Positions 1 to 12,935 of a stretch of DNA of 64,000 nucleotides are shown here, piece by piece. Both the position numbers and the translations under genes were made by a program. The stretch comes from Mobula hypostoma (Eukaryota), in the NCBI RefSeq assembly GCF_963921235.1, contig NC_086097.1, positions 24,926,001-24,990,000 of the forward strand, in the 5' to 3' direction. The stretch's first letter is position 1. Each line of letters opens with the position of its first letter. Under the pieces are notes generated by a model. That model was not told the DNA's origin and made no database searches. It saw only the letters and a list, made by a program, of their open reading frames with translations.

Positions 1-32
1 GAACTGATGCACATGGTGTTGGTGGTGGTGGC

Positions 33-43
33 TGTGTGGGTGT

Positions 44-94
<51 letters not shown>

Positions 95-100
95 TCTGTG
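33..100. repeat. (TG)n microsatellite
   Basis: Long GT dinucleotide run. Confidence 0.95.
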
Positions 101-504
101 TTTTTGTGTATACAATTGTGCACTTGCGTGTTTTACGTGCACACAAATGTGTGCATATGTATGTGTTTGTACCATAAGACTTTTCTTTCTTTATTAATCT
201 TTCTATTGTTTTAAAAAAAGCATAAATACAATCAAGAGGAGAATTAGTTCAAATATATAGATCAGTAACAATATAAACCAAGATTAAGACAGACATTGTC
301 AAAATCATAGATATTGTTAAACTAGTATAAAATATATAATAAAAAACATGAAAATAACACTTCTCCTCTTACCAGTTTATGAAGAGAAAGGAAAAAATAT
401 TGGGTTTTAAATGAAAAGAAAAAAAACACTATACTATATAAAAAACAAAACAAACACAAAAGGAACTGGGTGGTCCATTTTGAGGATACGACCAAAAAAG
501 AAAA

Positions 505-1195
505 CTATAAGACTATAAATCATAGGACCACAATTAGGCCCATCAAGTCTGCACTGTCGTTCCACCATGGCTGATTTATTATCACTCTCAATCTCATTGT
601 CCTGCCTTCTTCCCATAACCTTGACAACCTTACTAATCAAGAACCTATCAACCTCTGATTTAAATATACCTAATGACTCGACTCTCACAGCTGCCTGTGC
701 AATGAATTCCACAGATTCACCGCCCTCTGGCAAAGAAATTCCTTCTCATCTCTGTTCTAAAGAGATGTCCTATACTGAGGCTATATCCTCTGGTCTTAGA
801 CTCCCCCACTATAGGAAACACCCTCTCCATATCCACTCTGTCTAGGCTTTTCAATATTCAGAAAGTTTCAATGAGATTCCCACTCATCCTTCTAAACTCC
901 AGAGAATACTGGCTCAGAGCCATCAAATGCTCATTGTACATTAACGCTTTCATTTCCATGATCATTTTTATGAACCTCCTCTGGACCTTCTCCAATGCCA
1001 GCACATCCTTTCCTACATAAGGGGCCTAAAACTGCTCACAGTACTCCAAATGAGGCCTAATCAATGCCTTGTAAAACATCAGCATTATATCCTTGCTTTA
1101 ACATTTTATTCCTCTTGAAATAAATGCTAACATTGTATTTACCTTCCTTACCACCCACTTAACCTGCCAGTTACCCTTTAGGGAATCCTACACTC
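505..1195 (-). mobile_element. CR1 LINE 3' fragment (RT C-terminus and 3' UTR)
   Basis: Reverse complement resembles the 3' end of the CR1 at 5950-6610; ORF 434-733 contains SLGIFKSEVDRFL. Confidence 0.85.
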
Positions 1196-3422
1196 GCAAG
1201 AAAAAGAGCTTTGACCAGCGGCTAATCCAAAGATCGGAAGTTTTGAGAGGAGGGCACTTCAATCAGGTCCACTGCCCAAGTTCAAAAGACAGCAATGGGT
1301 CGCTGCACCAAAAAAGAGCTTTAATCAGTGACTAATCAGCTTTTGGGATTGATTATCAAGATCAAATTAAAGGTAGGCAGGGCCACGTACAGTGACTGTT
1401 ATCTGAGTGGACAGGCTTTAGCTCTTCGAGGCTTCTGCAAAGAGAGGCTTCAGTCAGAGAAAGCAAAAGAAAAGGAAAACTTGTTTTTTTTCTTTCCCTT
1501 TACATCTGCTCAGCTAGGATAGTGGAGATGTCTGGCTGGATAGTTGAACTGAAATTTATGTGGGATGTGGGAAGGCAGGGAGTCTCCAGTGTCCCTAACG
1601 ACTACAACTGAGAGAAGTCCATCCATCTGCAGCTTCTAACACTCTAAGGAGTTGGAGCTGGAACTGGATGAACTCCAGATCATTTGGAAGGCTGAAAGGG
1701 TGATAGATAGGACGTATAGAGAGGTAGTTACACCCAAGGTGCAGGACACAGGAAACAGGGTGACAGTCAGGAAGGGAAAAGGAGTTAAGGAAACAGTGCA
1801 GAGTACCCCTGTAGCCATCCCCCTCAATATCAGGTACAGTATATCATTTTGGATACTGTCAGGGGGATGACCTAAACAGAGGAAAGTAACAGTGGTTGGG
1901 TCTCCGATACCATGTCTGCCTCTGTCACTCAGAAAGGAATGGGGAAGAAGAGGCACTCTGCGGTGCTTGGGGATTTGTTGGTTAGGGGAATGGACAGGAG
2001 ATTATGTGGGCAAAAACAAGATTCCCAGATGGTATGTCGCCTCTCCGGTGCCAGGGCCCGGGAGATCTCAGACTGAGCCCTCAGCATTCTTAAGTGGGAG
2101 GGTGAACTGCCAGAGGTCGTGGTCCATGTAGGTACTAATGATATGGGTGGGATGAGTGACAAGGTTCTGCATAGGGACTTCTGAGAATTAGGTGCTAAGT
2201 TCAAAGGCAGGACCTCCAGGGTTGTGATCTCAGGATTGCTCCCGTGCCATGTGATAGTGCAGCCAGAACTAAGAAGATTATACAGTTTAATATATGGCTA
2301 AGGAGTTGGTGTAGGAGGGGGAGGACATAAGGTTTTTGGATCATTGGGCTCTCTTCCAGGGAAGATGGAACCTGTACAAAAGGGACGGTTTGCACCTGAA
2401 CTGGAGGGGGACCAATATCCTAACGAAAGCTTTGTTAATGCTGCACGGTGGGGTTTAACCTCGAATTGCAGGGGGGTGGGAACCAGAGAGCCTGAACAGT
2501 TTGTGGAGAGGTTGTGGAGGCAGATGATGGTGAGACTCAGACAAAGTTAGGAATCAAAAGGTTGAGCATGGAGCAACTAGTGTCCTGAGCTGCCTGTATT
2601 TCAATGCAAGAAGTATCATAGGAAAGGCAGATAATAGCGCTGAAGATGAGGTAGCTGGTTTCCAAACAGATCTAATGTATAGTGAGGAGAGGCTGTTGAT
2701 AGGGTAAAATTGCAAACAACAGGGTGAGTTGAAACGTAAAAGACGGACAAAATTGAAAAGGGTGAACACAGGATTGATTGTGTCATATTTGAATGCGCAC
2801 AGTTTTTGGAATAATGCAGACGAACTTGCAGCATAGTTGCAGGTTGGCAGGTATGATGCTGCAGGCATCACTGAATGGGTGAAAGAAGATTATAGCTGGG
2901 AGCTTGAAGTCCAAGGATACACATTGTATTGGAAGGATGGGCAGGAAGGCAGAGGGGACGGCGTTGCTCTGCTGGTAAAAAAGTGAAATCAAATCATTAG
3001 ATAAAGGTGAGATAAGGTTTGAAGGTGTTGAATCATTATGGATAGATCTAAAGAACTGCAAGCATAAAAAAAACCTGATGGGAGGTGTAAACAGACCCCC
3101 AAGCATTAGTAAAGATGTGGCCTACAAATTACAAGAGGAGATAGAAAATGCATGCCAAAAGGGCAATGTTACAAGCCATGGGGGATTTCAATATGCAGGT
3201 AGATTGGGAAAATCAGGTTGCTGCTGGATTACAGGAGGAGGAATTTCTAGAATGCCTACGAGATGGCTTTTTAGAGCAGCTCGAGGATGAGCCCACTAGG
3301 GGATCAGCTATTCTGGGCTAGGTATTGTGCAATGAACCAGAATTCATTCGAGAGCTCCAGGCAAAAGAACCCTTAGGGGAAAGTGATCATAATATAATCA
3401 AATTCACCCTGAAAATTGAGAA

Positions 3423-3838
3423 GACTATAAGACCGTAAGATATAGGAGCAGAAGTAGGCCATTCAGCCCATCGAGTCTGCTCCATCATTCAATCATGAGA
3501 TGATCCAATTCTTCCAGTCACCCCCACTCCCCTGCCTTCATCCCATACCCCTTGATGCCCTGACCAATCAAGATCCTATCTATCTCTGCCTTAAATACAC
3601 CCAATGACTTGGCCTCCACAGCCGCTTGTGGCAACAAGTTCACAGATTTACCACTCTCTGACTAAAGTAATTTCTCTGCATCTCAATTATAAAAGGATGT
3701 CCTTTAATCCTGAAGTCGTGCCTTCTTGTCCTAGAATCCCCTGCCATGGGAAATAATTTTGCCATATCTAATCTGTTCAGGCCTTCTAACATTTGGAATG
3801 TTTCTATGAGATCCCCCCTCATTCTCCTGAACTCCAGG
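3423..3838 (-). mobile_element. 5'-truncated CR1 nested antisense in the CR1 ORF2
   Basis: ORF 3640-3822 MRGDLIETF..RNYFSQRVVNL; tail at 3423-3440; host sequence resumes after 3838. Confidence 0.9.
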
Positions 3839-4189
3839 GCGAGTTGCCAGGAAAAGCTAGTCAGATGTATCAGTATTACAGTGGATTAAAGGGAATTACA
3901 GAGGCAAGAGAGAGGAGTTGGCCAGAATTGATTGGAAACGAACACAGGCAGGGATGACAGCACAGCAGCAATTGCTGGGATTCCTGGAAGCAATTCAGAA
4001 GGCACAGGATATATACATCCCAAAGAGGAAGTAATATTATAAAGGAAAGATGACACAACTATGGCTAACAAGAGAAGCCAAAACCAACATAAAAGCCAAA
4101 GCACATATAATAGAGCAAAAATTAATGGGAAGATAGAGGATTGGGAAGCTCTTAAAATCCAACAGGAGGCAAGAAAAAAGTCAATAAGA

Positions 4190-4750
4190 TAGTGTTGGGA
4201 GTTGGGATGTAATTTTGAATTTGTACAAGGCATTGGTAAGGCCAAATCTGGAGTATTATGCACAGTTCTGGTCACCGAATTATAGGAAAGATGTCAATAA
4301 GTTACAGAAAAAGGTTGAACAAGTTAGGTCTTTATTCTTTGGAGCCTAGAAGGTTGAGTGGGGACTTGATAGAGGTGTTTAAAATTATTAGGGGGATTGA
4401 TAGAGTTGACATGGTTAGACTTTTTCAATTGAGAGTGGGGAAGATTCAAACAAGAGGACATGGGTTGAGAGTTAGAGGACAAAAGTTTAGGGGTAACATG
4501 AGGGGGAACTTCTTTACTCAGAGAGTGGTGGCTGTGTGGAAACAGCTTCCAGCAGAAGTGGTTGAGGCAGGTTCTATGTTGTCGTTTAAAGTTAAATTGG
4601 ACAGCTATATGGACAGAAAAGGAATGGAGGGTTATGGGCTGAGTGCAGGTCAGTGGGACTAGGATAGGGTAAGAGTTCGGCACGGACTAGAAGGGCCGAG
4701 ATGGCCTGTTTCCGTGCTGTAATTGTTGTATGGTTATATGGTTATATGGT
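4190..4750 (+). mobile_element. 5'-truncated CR1 (different subfamily, (ATATGGTT)n tail) nested in CR1
   Basis: ORF 4258-4662 LGLYSLEPRRLSGDLIEVFKI..FFTQRVV; ends tatggttatatggttatatggt. Confidence 0.9.
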
Positions 4751-6617
4751 ACAGATGGAATAGGAAGGTAAGCTAGCCAATAATATTAAAGAGGATACCA
4801 AAAGTTTCTTCAGATACATAAGGTGTTAAGGAGAGGCAAGAGTGAATATCAGACCACTGACAACGATGCTAGGGAGGTAGTAATGGGAGACAATGAAGTG
4901 GCAGATGAACTGAATAAGTATTTTGCATCAGACTTCACTGTGGAAGACACTAGCAGTGTAGTGGAAGTTCCAGGTGTCAGGGGCATGAAATGTGTGAAGT
5001 TACCATAGCTAACGAAAAGGTTCTTGGGAAACTAAATGTAGATAAATCACCTAGACCAGATGGTGTACACCCCAGAATTCTGAAAGAGGTGGCTGAAGAG
5101 ATTGTGGAGGCATTTGCAATTATCTTTTAAGAATCACGAGATTCTGGAATAGTTCTGGAAGACTGGAAAATTGCAAATGTGTCTCCACTCTTCAAGAAGA
5201 GAAAGAAGCAGAAGAAAGGAAACCATAGGCCAGTTAGTCTGACCACAAATGGTTGGGAACATGTTGGAATAGGTCATTAAGGATGAGGTCTCACAGTACT
5301 TGGAGGCATATGATAAAATAGGCCGTAGTCAGCATGGTTTCCTCAAGGGAAAATCTTACTTGACAAATCTGTTGGAGTTCTTTGAGAAAGTAAGAAGTCA
5401 GAAAAACAAAGGAGAATTGGTTGATGTTGTGTACTTGGATTTTCAGAAGGCCTTTGACAAGGTGCCACACATGAGGCTGCTTACCAAGCTACAAGCCCAT
5501 GGTATTACAGGAAAGATTCCAGCATGGATAAAGCGGTGGCTGATTGGCAGGAGGCAAAGAGTGGGAATAAAGGGAATCTTTTCTGGTTGGCTGTCAATGA
5601 CTTGTGGTGTTCCACAGAGGTTTGTGTTGGGAACCAATCCTTTTCACATTAAATGTCAATGATTTGGAAGATGGAATTGATGGCTATGTTGCAAAGTTCG
5701 CAGACAATATGATGATAGTTGGAAGGGCAGGTAGTTTTGAGGAAGTAGAGAGGCTACAGAATGACTAAGACAGATTAGGAGAATGGGCAAAGGAATGGCA
5801 GATGGAATACAGTATCAGGAAGTGTATGGTCATACTCTTCGGTAGAAGAAATAAAAGGGTTGATTATTTTCTAAATGGAGAAAATATTTTAAAAATACTG
5901 AGGTGCAAAGGGACTTGGGAATCCATTTGGAGAATTCCCTGAAGGTTAATTTGCAGGTTGAATGTGGTGAGGAAGGCAAATGCAATGTTAGCATTCATTT
6001 CAAGAGGACTAGAATACAAAAGCAAGGATATAATATTGAGAATTTATAAAGCACTGGTGTGGCCTCTCTTGGAGTATTGTGTGCAGTTTTGGGCTGCTTA
6101 TCTTAGAAAGTATGTGCTAAAACTGGAGAGGGTTCAAAGGAGGTTCACAAAAATGATTCCAGGGTTGAATGGCAGGTCATATGAAGAGTATTTGATGGCT
6201 CTGTGTCTGTATTCACTTGAATTCGGAAGAATATGGGGTGACCTCATTGAAACCTATCGAGTAGAGTGGATGTGGAGAGAATGTTTCCTATGGTGGGAGA
6301 GTCTAAGACCAGAGGACACAGCCTGAGAATAGAGGGGTGGCATTTTAGTTCAGAGATGAGGAGAAATTTCTTTAGCCAGAGTGTGGTGAATCTGTGGAAT
6401 TCATTTCCACAGGTGGCTGTGGAGGCCAAGTCTTTATGTATATTTAAAGTAGAGGTTGATAGATTCTTGATTGGTCAGGGCATGAAGGGATATGGGGAGA
6501 AGGCATGAGTTTGGAGCTGAGAGGGATAGTGAATCGGCCATGATGAAATGGCAGAGCTGACTCAATGGTACAAGTGGCTAAATTCTTCTCCAATATCTTA
6601 ATGTCTTAAGGTCTAAG

Positions 6618-7548
6618 TTCCTTTCACCTCTAATTTCAGATTTTTTCCCCATTTAGAAAATAGTTTATATTTTTATTACTTCTGCCAAAGTGCATGATCA
6701 TAAACTTCTCTACACCGTATGTAATTTGCCATTTCTTTGCCCATTCTCTTAACATATCTGAGTCCTTCTGGTAACTCCCACCTTCCTCAACACTACCTGC
6801 TCCTCCACCTATCCTCGTGTCACCCATAAACCTGCAATCAATTCAATTATCCACATCATTGACATATAACGTGAAAAGAAGCAGTCTCAACACTGACCCA
6901 TACAGAACACCACTACTCACCAGCAGCCAACCAGACAGGGCCTCCTTTGTTCCCACTCTGTGCTTCCTGCCAATTAGCCAACCTTCCATCCATGCTGGCG
7001 TCTTCCCTGCTATACTGTGAGCTCTTATCTTGCTTAGCAGCTTCATGTGCAGCATCTTGTCAATGGTCTTCTGAAAATCCAAGTGAACAATATCTACTGA
7101 CTCTCCCTTGTATATCCTGCCTGTTATTTCCTCAAGGAATTCCAAGAGATTTGTTAGGCAAGGTTTCCTCTTAAGAAAACTATGCTGACTTTTGCCTATT
7201 TTGTCATGTGGCTTCAAGTACACTGAAACCTCAACCTTAGTGTTGGACTCCAACATCTTCTCAACTACTGAAGTCAGGCTAACTGACCTATAATTTCCTT
7301 TCCTTTGCTTCCTCACTTCTTAAAGAGTGAAGTGACATTTGCAATTTTCCAGTTTTCCATAACCATTCTAGAATCTAGTGATTCTTGAAAGATCACTACT
7401 ACTGGCTCCATAATCTCCAGGTACCTCTTTTAGAACCTTAAGCTGTAGTCCATATGGTCCTGGTGACTTATCTAACTTTAGATATTTCAGCTTCCCAAGC
7501 ACCTTCTCCATAATAATACCAACCACTCTCACTTCTGCCTCCTGACAC
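6618..7548 (-). mobile_element. CR1 RT internal fragment
   Basis: ORF 6843-7316 GNYRSVSLTSVV..LDFQKTIDK. Confidence 0.9.
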
Positions 7549-7565
7549 TCGTGTAAGTCTGAGTA

Positions 7566-7606
<41 letters not shown>
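7566..7606. repeat. (TG)n microsatellite
   Basis: GT run. Confidence 0.95.
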
Positions 7607-7608
<2 letters not shown>

Positions 7609-7689
7609 GCTCTGTATTGTGTACTCTCTGAGATTCTTATGCAGTTGTGTGTGTATTTATGAGTCTGGTGTAAATATGTATGTGTATGA

Positions 7690-8100
7690 CACTTCTCCGA
7701 GGGTTGTCAACTTATCGTGGTGGAGGGGCTTATGAGTTCCTGAGGTCCCAAGAGTGATGCCATCTGGAGTTTAGACATCCGACTCGTAACTGCTGGTTGG
7801 GCCACCCCTGCCGGTCAGGTCAAGGAGGAGGTGCCAGACAAAGAGCGATCCAACCAAGACCTCAACGGTGGAGCTGGCAGAAGATGATGACACATCACAA
7901 CAGCAGAGAAGGGGGAGAAAGGCTGTAACAATGAAGTGTCCCCAGTCGTCTTGCATTCCATGCCACTGACCTTGACCCCGCTCTGTGATGGCTGTCCATG
8001 CATCAGCCTCCCCACGTTAAAGAAAGACATGCTCAGGAGTTCTCAGTTAAGGGAATCCACTGACAACTGCTCAAAAGAACGTCATACTTGACTCCAGTGA
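7690..8100 (+). mobile_element. RTE-clade (Rex3/Expander/BovB-like) 5' UTR-derived fragment
   Basis: cttatcgtggtggaggggctt..gggccaccc..ccagacaaagagcg resembles RTE 5' UTR motifs recalled from memory; no RT follows. Confidence 0.5.
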
Positions 8101-8779
8101 TTGACTTACACAGGGTGCGTCCCTGTGTCTGAATTTGAATGTGTGCGCACTTGTCAGATGTTCAATAGTTCAACTCATGGGCCTGATGAGTCTCATCAGT
8201 CCAGAGGAGGAGATTGTTTTGGTAGTGATGTTTCTACTCCAGATTGAGAGGATCATTCTAAGTAGTTAAGATAGAGGTAGATAACAATTTGAGGGAGCAG
8301 GGAATTGAGAGCCATGGGGAACTGGAATGGGAGCTTTTGCCCTGGGATAGATGAGCCAGGGGCGTGTTGAACACTGGGGCAGCACTGAGAGGCCGAGTGC
8401 TCTTCTCCTGCTCTTATTTTGTTGCTTCTAATTTCTGTTTCACTCTGAACGAATCACAGGCCTAAAACAAATGCAGCTTGCACACTGCCGAGATATTTAG
8501 ACAGCCAGATAGACTGAGTCCCTGTTCTCCAGGTACGCCACTTCACCCAGGGGACAGAGCCCATCTGCGGTCCGTGCAAGCTCACAAGCCCGTGGAGCTG
8601 AGCTTTCAGCTTGTAGCACCTCTGATCACGTGACCCTCCCTCAGAACCACAAACAAGGAGCCACCTCTCTTTGCTAGAATGGGGATATGAGCCTGCAACT
8701 CACAGACACTGGACTGAGGGCGCCAACTGAGCCCAACCCAAGTAAAACAGTGTTTGAACACATTTGCACTGACCTCTTT

Positions 8780-9285
8780 TATAGATTCATTGAGTGCCAC
8801 AGCTATGAAGCAGGCCCATCAGCCCATCTAGTCCATGCTAAACTGTTACTCTGGTTTCAACCACTTGCACCATAACCCTCCATATCCATGCATCCACGCA
8901 CTTACCTAAACTCTCTTAAATGTTGCAATTGAACGCACATCCACCACTTCCGCTGGAAACTCGTTCCACACTCTCACCACCCTCTGAGTGAAGAAGCTCC
9001 CTTGCAGATTCCCCTTAAACATTTTCACCTTTCTCCCTTAATCTGTGACCTCTAATTCTAGTCTCACCTAACCTCAGTGGAAAAAGCCTGAATGCACTTA
9101 CCCTATCTATATCCCTCCTAATTGTGCATGCCTCCATAAAATCCCCCCCCCTCATTCTCCATGCTTGAGGGATTAATGTCCTAAACTATTCAAACTTTCC
9201 TTATATCTGAATCCTCAATTCTCAGCAACATTCTTGTAAATTTTCTTTGTACTTTTTCGATCTTATTGATACCTTTCCTAGAGGT
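8780..9285 (-). mobile_element. CR1 3' fragment
   Basis: ctcgttccacactctcaccaccctctgagtgaagaag is the antisense of FFTQRVVRVWNE. Confidence 0.8.
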
Positions 9286-9829
9286 AAACCAGAACTAGCT
9301 GAATAAACAGTAAAACAAAGCTTTCATTTCTGACTGAACATTTCACTAACCAACATCCATCTGCTTCTTGCAAAGCACTCTTTGTTAAATAATGAATTAA
9401 TTTCATTCCCTGCTCCTTATCTAATGCTCTCAGCTGGTCCATAACAGCACAATTTTCATATTCACTCTCTGTTATCAACACATTGTCAACCATATATCAT
9501 ATTATTTCACTTCCATCATTTCAGTAATAACACAGCTCTTGGTGATAATGAAACATTCATCCCACTATTTGTAAGCACTAAAGTAAGAAACAGCCTCCTC
9601 AGGTAGTGTGTTAATATGAAATCCTGTTCTGTGAGTCTTTAATTCTGCCAGGCACTTAGTGTGTGAATCTGCAGTGTAAACAGCAGCTTTTTGTAAACTC
9701 CGTCACCTCTCAGCTCGTTTTGAAACTTTTGACAGTGAATTCTCCTAAACGATGCTTGCTGGGTAATGTTTTGCATTAAAGAATGATTTAGATTGAAAAA
9801 ATTGTTCAGAGATTTTGAAATATCCATCT

Positions 9830-10130
9830 ATTTAACTTGCCCATCTTTGAACTGTTCCCTCAATCAATGGATTCACTTTCAAAGATTAGTCATCTCATGC
9901 TGCCGATATTTATTACTTATTTATTTATTATTATGTCTGCTTTTTGTATTTGTACAGTTTGTTATCTTCTGTACTCTGGCTGAACGCCTTAGTTGTGGTT
10001 CTTCACTGATTATGTTATGGTTATTATTCTATAGATTTACTGAGTATGCCCACAAGAAAATGAATCTCAGGGCTGTATATGGTGACATATATGTACTTTG
10101 ACAGTGAAATTTACTTTACTTTGAAATTTG
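9830..10130 (+). mobile_element. Rex1/Babar-type LINE 3' UTR
   Basis: gaaaatgaatctcagggctgtatatggtgacatatatgtactttga..aaatttacttt; the same UTR follows a Rex1-like ORF end at 17060-17480. Confidence 0.7.
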
Positions 10131-10159
10131 AACATGGCTCCAGAAGAGAGACAGGTCTC

Positions 10160-10495
10160 CTCTTTCTCTCTGTCCACCAACAGGATCTCTTGATGGTTAC
10201 CCATTTCAATTTGACTTCCCATTCCCATTTCGACATGTCCGTTCCATGGCCTCCTCTTCTGCCATGACAAGGCCATGCTCCCAGCCGAAGTAGCAACACC
10301 TCATTTTCATCTGGGTAGCCTCTAACCTGATGGCATAAACATCAATTTCTCTAACTTCTGGAAATTTCTCCCCTTCCCCCTTTTTACCATTCTTCCCTCT
10401 TACCCCTTCCCTTCTCCTCACCAGTCTGTTAGCTCCCTCTTGTGCCTCTCCTTCCTTTTCTCCCATGGTCCATGTCTACTCCTACTGGATTCCTT
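10160..10495 (+). mobile_element. Penelope-like element 3' fragment (GIY-YIG C-terminus)
   Basis: HFNLTSHSHFDMSV..LIFHLGSL-PDGINI, homologous to 52550-52710. Confidence 0.8.
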
Positions 10496-11984
10496 GTTGG
10501 AGCAAGGAGATGGGATGGGGGTCGGGAGGAAGTCACTGTCTTGAACTGAGAACATGGAATACTGGGTAAATCTTCACTGATGATGGGAGATGCGGTCTAT
10601 ATGAGACTCTGTTGATAACCTTCCCCACGTAGCTTGGTGCAAACCTCTCGACTTTCAAAGGAAGATCCCTAGATGCCAGACAGATTTTCTCCCCTGGCAT
10701 GAAAGGCCTTAGCTGCCAATGGAGTCAATCAGCCGGCCAGACATGGTGTTTTTGAGCGTGTAGCAGAGAAGATCTGGCCATCTCCACATGAGCTTGTTGA
10801 TTAGACTAACTGTTCAACAGCAAGAACTCCCATATCAACAGCAGTGGCTGGAATCCATTCTGGCATTCAAAGGGGGAACATGCCAATGGAGGACAACTGG
10901 AGGTTATTGTGGGTAACTCCTGCCCAAACCAATTGGGAGCTCCAGGACATTGGGTTTAAGAGGCAAGGTAGCGCAGGGGTGTTTCCTTCTCCTGGTTCAC
11001 TCTCTCAGTCTGACCGTTAGATTGGGGGCGGAAAGCAGATGAGAGGCTGGCTGTGGCTCCAACAACAGAATAAAAGCCCTTTCAAAAACAGGATATATCC
11101 TGAGAGAATCCATGCAGCCTAAAGGTAGCAGACTCACGAGCCGGTGGGAGCTTAGAGAAGAAATGAAGTGGACAGCCTTGGAGAATTGATCCACAACTAC
11201 CAGAAAGGTAGTGTTTCCACCAGACGGGGGCAGACCATGATGAAATCCACTAACAGGTGGGTACACGCAGTGGACATAGCAGAACTGCAGAACACTGGCA
11301 TGACGTACTGTTCTGGGTACAAGTGGGACAGATAGGAATGTAGTCGTGGATGTCCTGGGGCACAGTTGCCCACCAAAATCATCTCTTGATAAATTCCAGT
11401 GTCCGTTGAACTCATGGCAGTGACAACAGCTGGTTGGGAGGTCCCCCACCTGGGCCTGGATCTGACTGTTATACAGCCCTCACCTTTGCCTCTATTTCCC
11501 AAATTACCAAAGCAGTAATGCACGAGCAAGGAAGGTTAGGCTCTGGACTGTTGTCCTTGGAGATGTCAAAATGTTGGGAGAGAGCATCGGCCTCAGTATT
11601 CTTGGTAGGTGAGGAAGAGAGCCCGTTGAGTCTTTTAGAGTCGAATGTAGGAAATGTTCTTGTGATCTGCCCAAACCAAAAAGGGGTGCTCTTCCCCCTT
11701 CAGCCAACGGCGCCTTGCTTCCAGGGCCTCCTTGACAACCAGAAATTCTCAGTTCCGGACATCACAGTTATACTTGGCCAGAGTCAAACAGCAATGCTGA
11801 CATCGGATGCATCCATCTCGACAAGGGATGGCTGTGTGGCAGCCCTGGGGCAGAAGTGAGGCATCGCTTCAGTTTGTCCAGCTGGATCTTGGTGGATAAA
11901 GGGGCCATGATAGGACTGAAGTTTCTAATGAAGTGGCAATAAAAGTTTGTAAACCCCATTAGGCGCCGCACTGTTTTGACCATA

Positions 11985-12313
11985 GATGGGGTGATTGATA
12001 AGTTTGTGGCCTAAGGTAGAAGGAGATGAGTTATACAGCTCTCGTTACATGCACATGCAATTCAACTCTTTGAGTGAAAATGCAGAAAGTTTGAAGTTTT
12101 TCCTCATCTCCTTCTAATTTAGGCCACGAACTTATCAATCACCTCTGCTGTGGACCATTTCTGGATGTCCAAGACGCTGACTTCTACAAAGAAGGGATCC
12201 GCATGCTCCACGACCACTGGACTAAGTGTGTAAATGTAGGAAAAATAAATGTGCTAGGTTTTCTAAAATTGACTCCTTCTACCTTAGGCCACGAACTTAT
12301 CAATCACTCCTGG
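11985..12313 (+). mobile_element. Non-autonomous mariner-derived element (MITE)
   Basis: ~40-bp TIRs (gtgattgataagtttgtggcctaaggtagaaggag / ctccttctaccttaggccacgaacttatcaatcac); TA on both flanks; mariner C-terminus FYKEGIRMLHDHWTKCVNVG. Confidence 0.9.
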
Positions 12314-12329
12314 TATAGGATATCAGTAA

Positions 12330-12935
12330 AATACAGTCTCACAAAAAGAAATATAGTCCAAGACTGTGAGTCCCAGGAATGTTGAAGCAGTCAGCAGTCG
12401 AACACAATACATCTTGTTTTCTACTGAGCAAACACTTGGGGGCAGCACAAACTCCAGCTTGGAGGTCACACCACACCACCTCCTTTGGAGTGCAATGATA
12501 CTGATGCCTCTCTCCTGGGTGGCTATACTGCAGCTTGAGGCCAAGTCCTCGCTACAACTGAGGCCACGCAACTCCCCCACTGTCTGCCCCCTGCTGACCA
12601 CCAATAAATCGGTAAATCAGACTACCACAATTATAAGCTCCGAAAGGGTGTTGCAATCAGAAGAAAAACAACTAAGACAATCACTTACTGATAGATTGCA
12701 CACTGCCTACACACTCCGATTCCTCTGACGCCTCTCTGATGCCGCCAGCAACTCAGTCCACACCAAGTCCAGCTCCTTCAGTTTCTCCACCAACAAGCAA
12801 CTCGCTAATTGTGTAGGCCTGCAGAATTTTAAGATCTTAATGTTCAGCAGGGTCCTACGATTGTAAAAATTACATTTTAAAAGGACAATAACACCTTTAG
12901 TTGAGGCTGTGATGGAACACACTGCCATCTTACTG
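12330..12935 (-). mobile_element. Rex1/Babar-type LINE 5' fragment
   Basis: AAGATGGC start motif; FYNRRTLLNI; basic stretch then LPPSVCSVENKMY (decayed APE start). Confidence 0.6.

Larger units (their letters stand above)
1196..6615 (+). mobile_element. Near full-length decayed CR1 LINE (ORF1 coiled-coil/SGNH esterase; ORF2 APE endonuclease + RT), chimeric type
   Basis: ORF1 pieces ELELDELQII..STPVAIPLN; APE starts LYFNARSI and YLNAHS; RT motifs QHGFLKGKS, YLDFQKAFDKVPH, FADN; C-terminal RRNFFSQSVVNLWNS; many stops and frameshifts. Confidence 0.93.

Noticed and set aside
8183..8199. CTGATGAG-T-CTCATCAG inverted repeat containing a hammerhead-like CUGAUGA
   Set aside because: No downstream GAAA or stem II/III; it is only a short palindrome
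8533..8760. CpG-rich island after ctgttctccAG as a terminal exon
   Set aside because: No recognisable peptide; the site reads equally well as donor or acceptor
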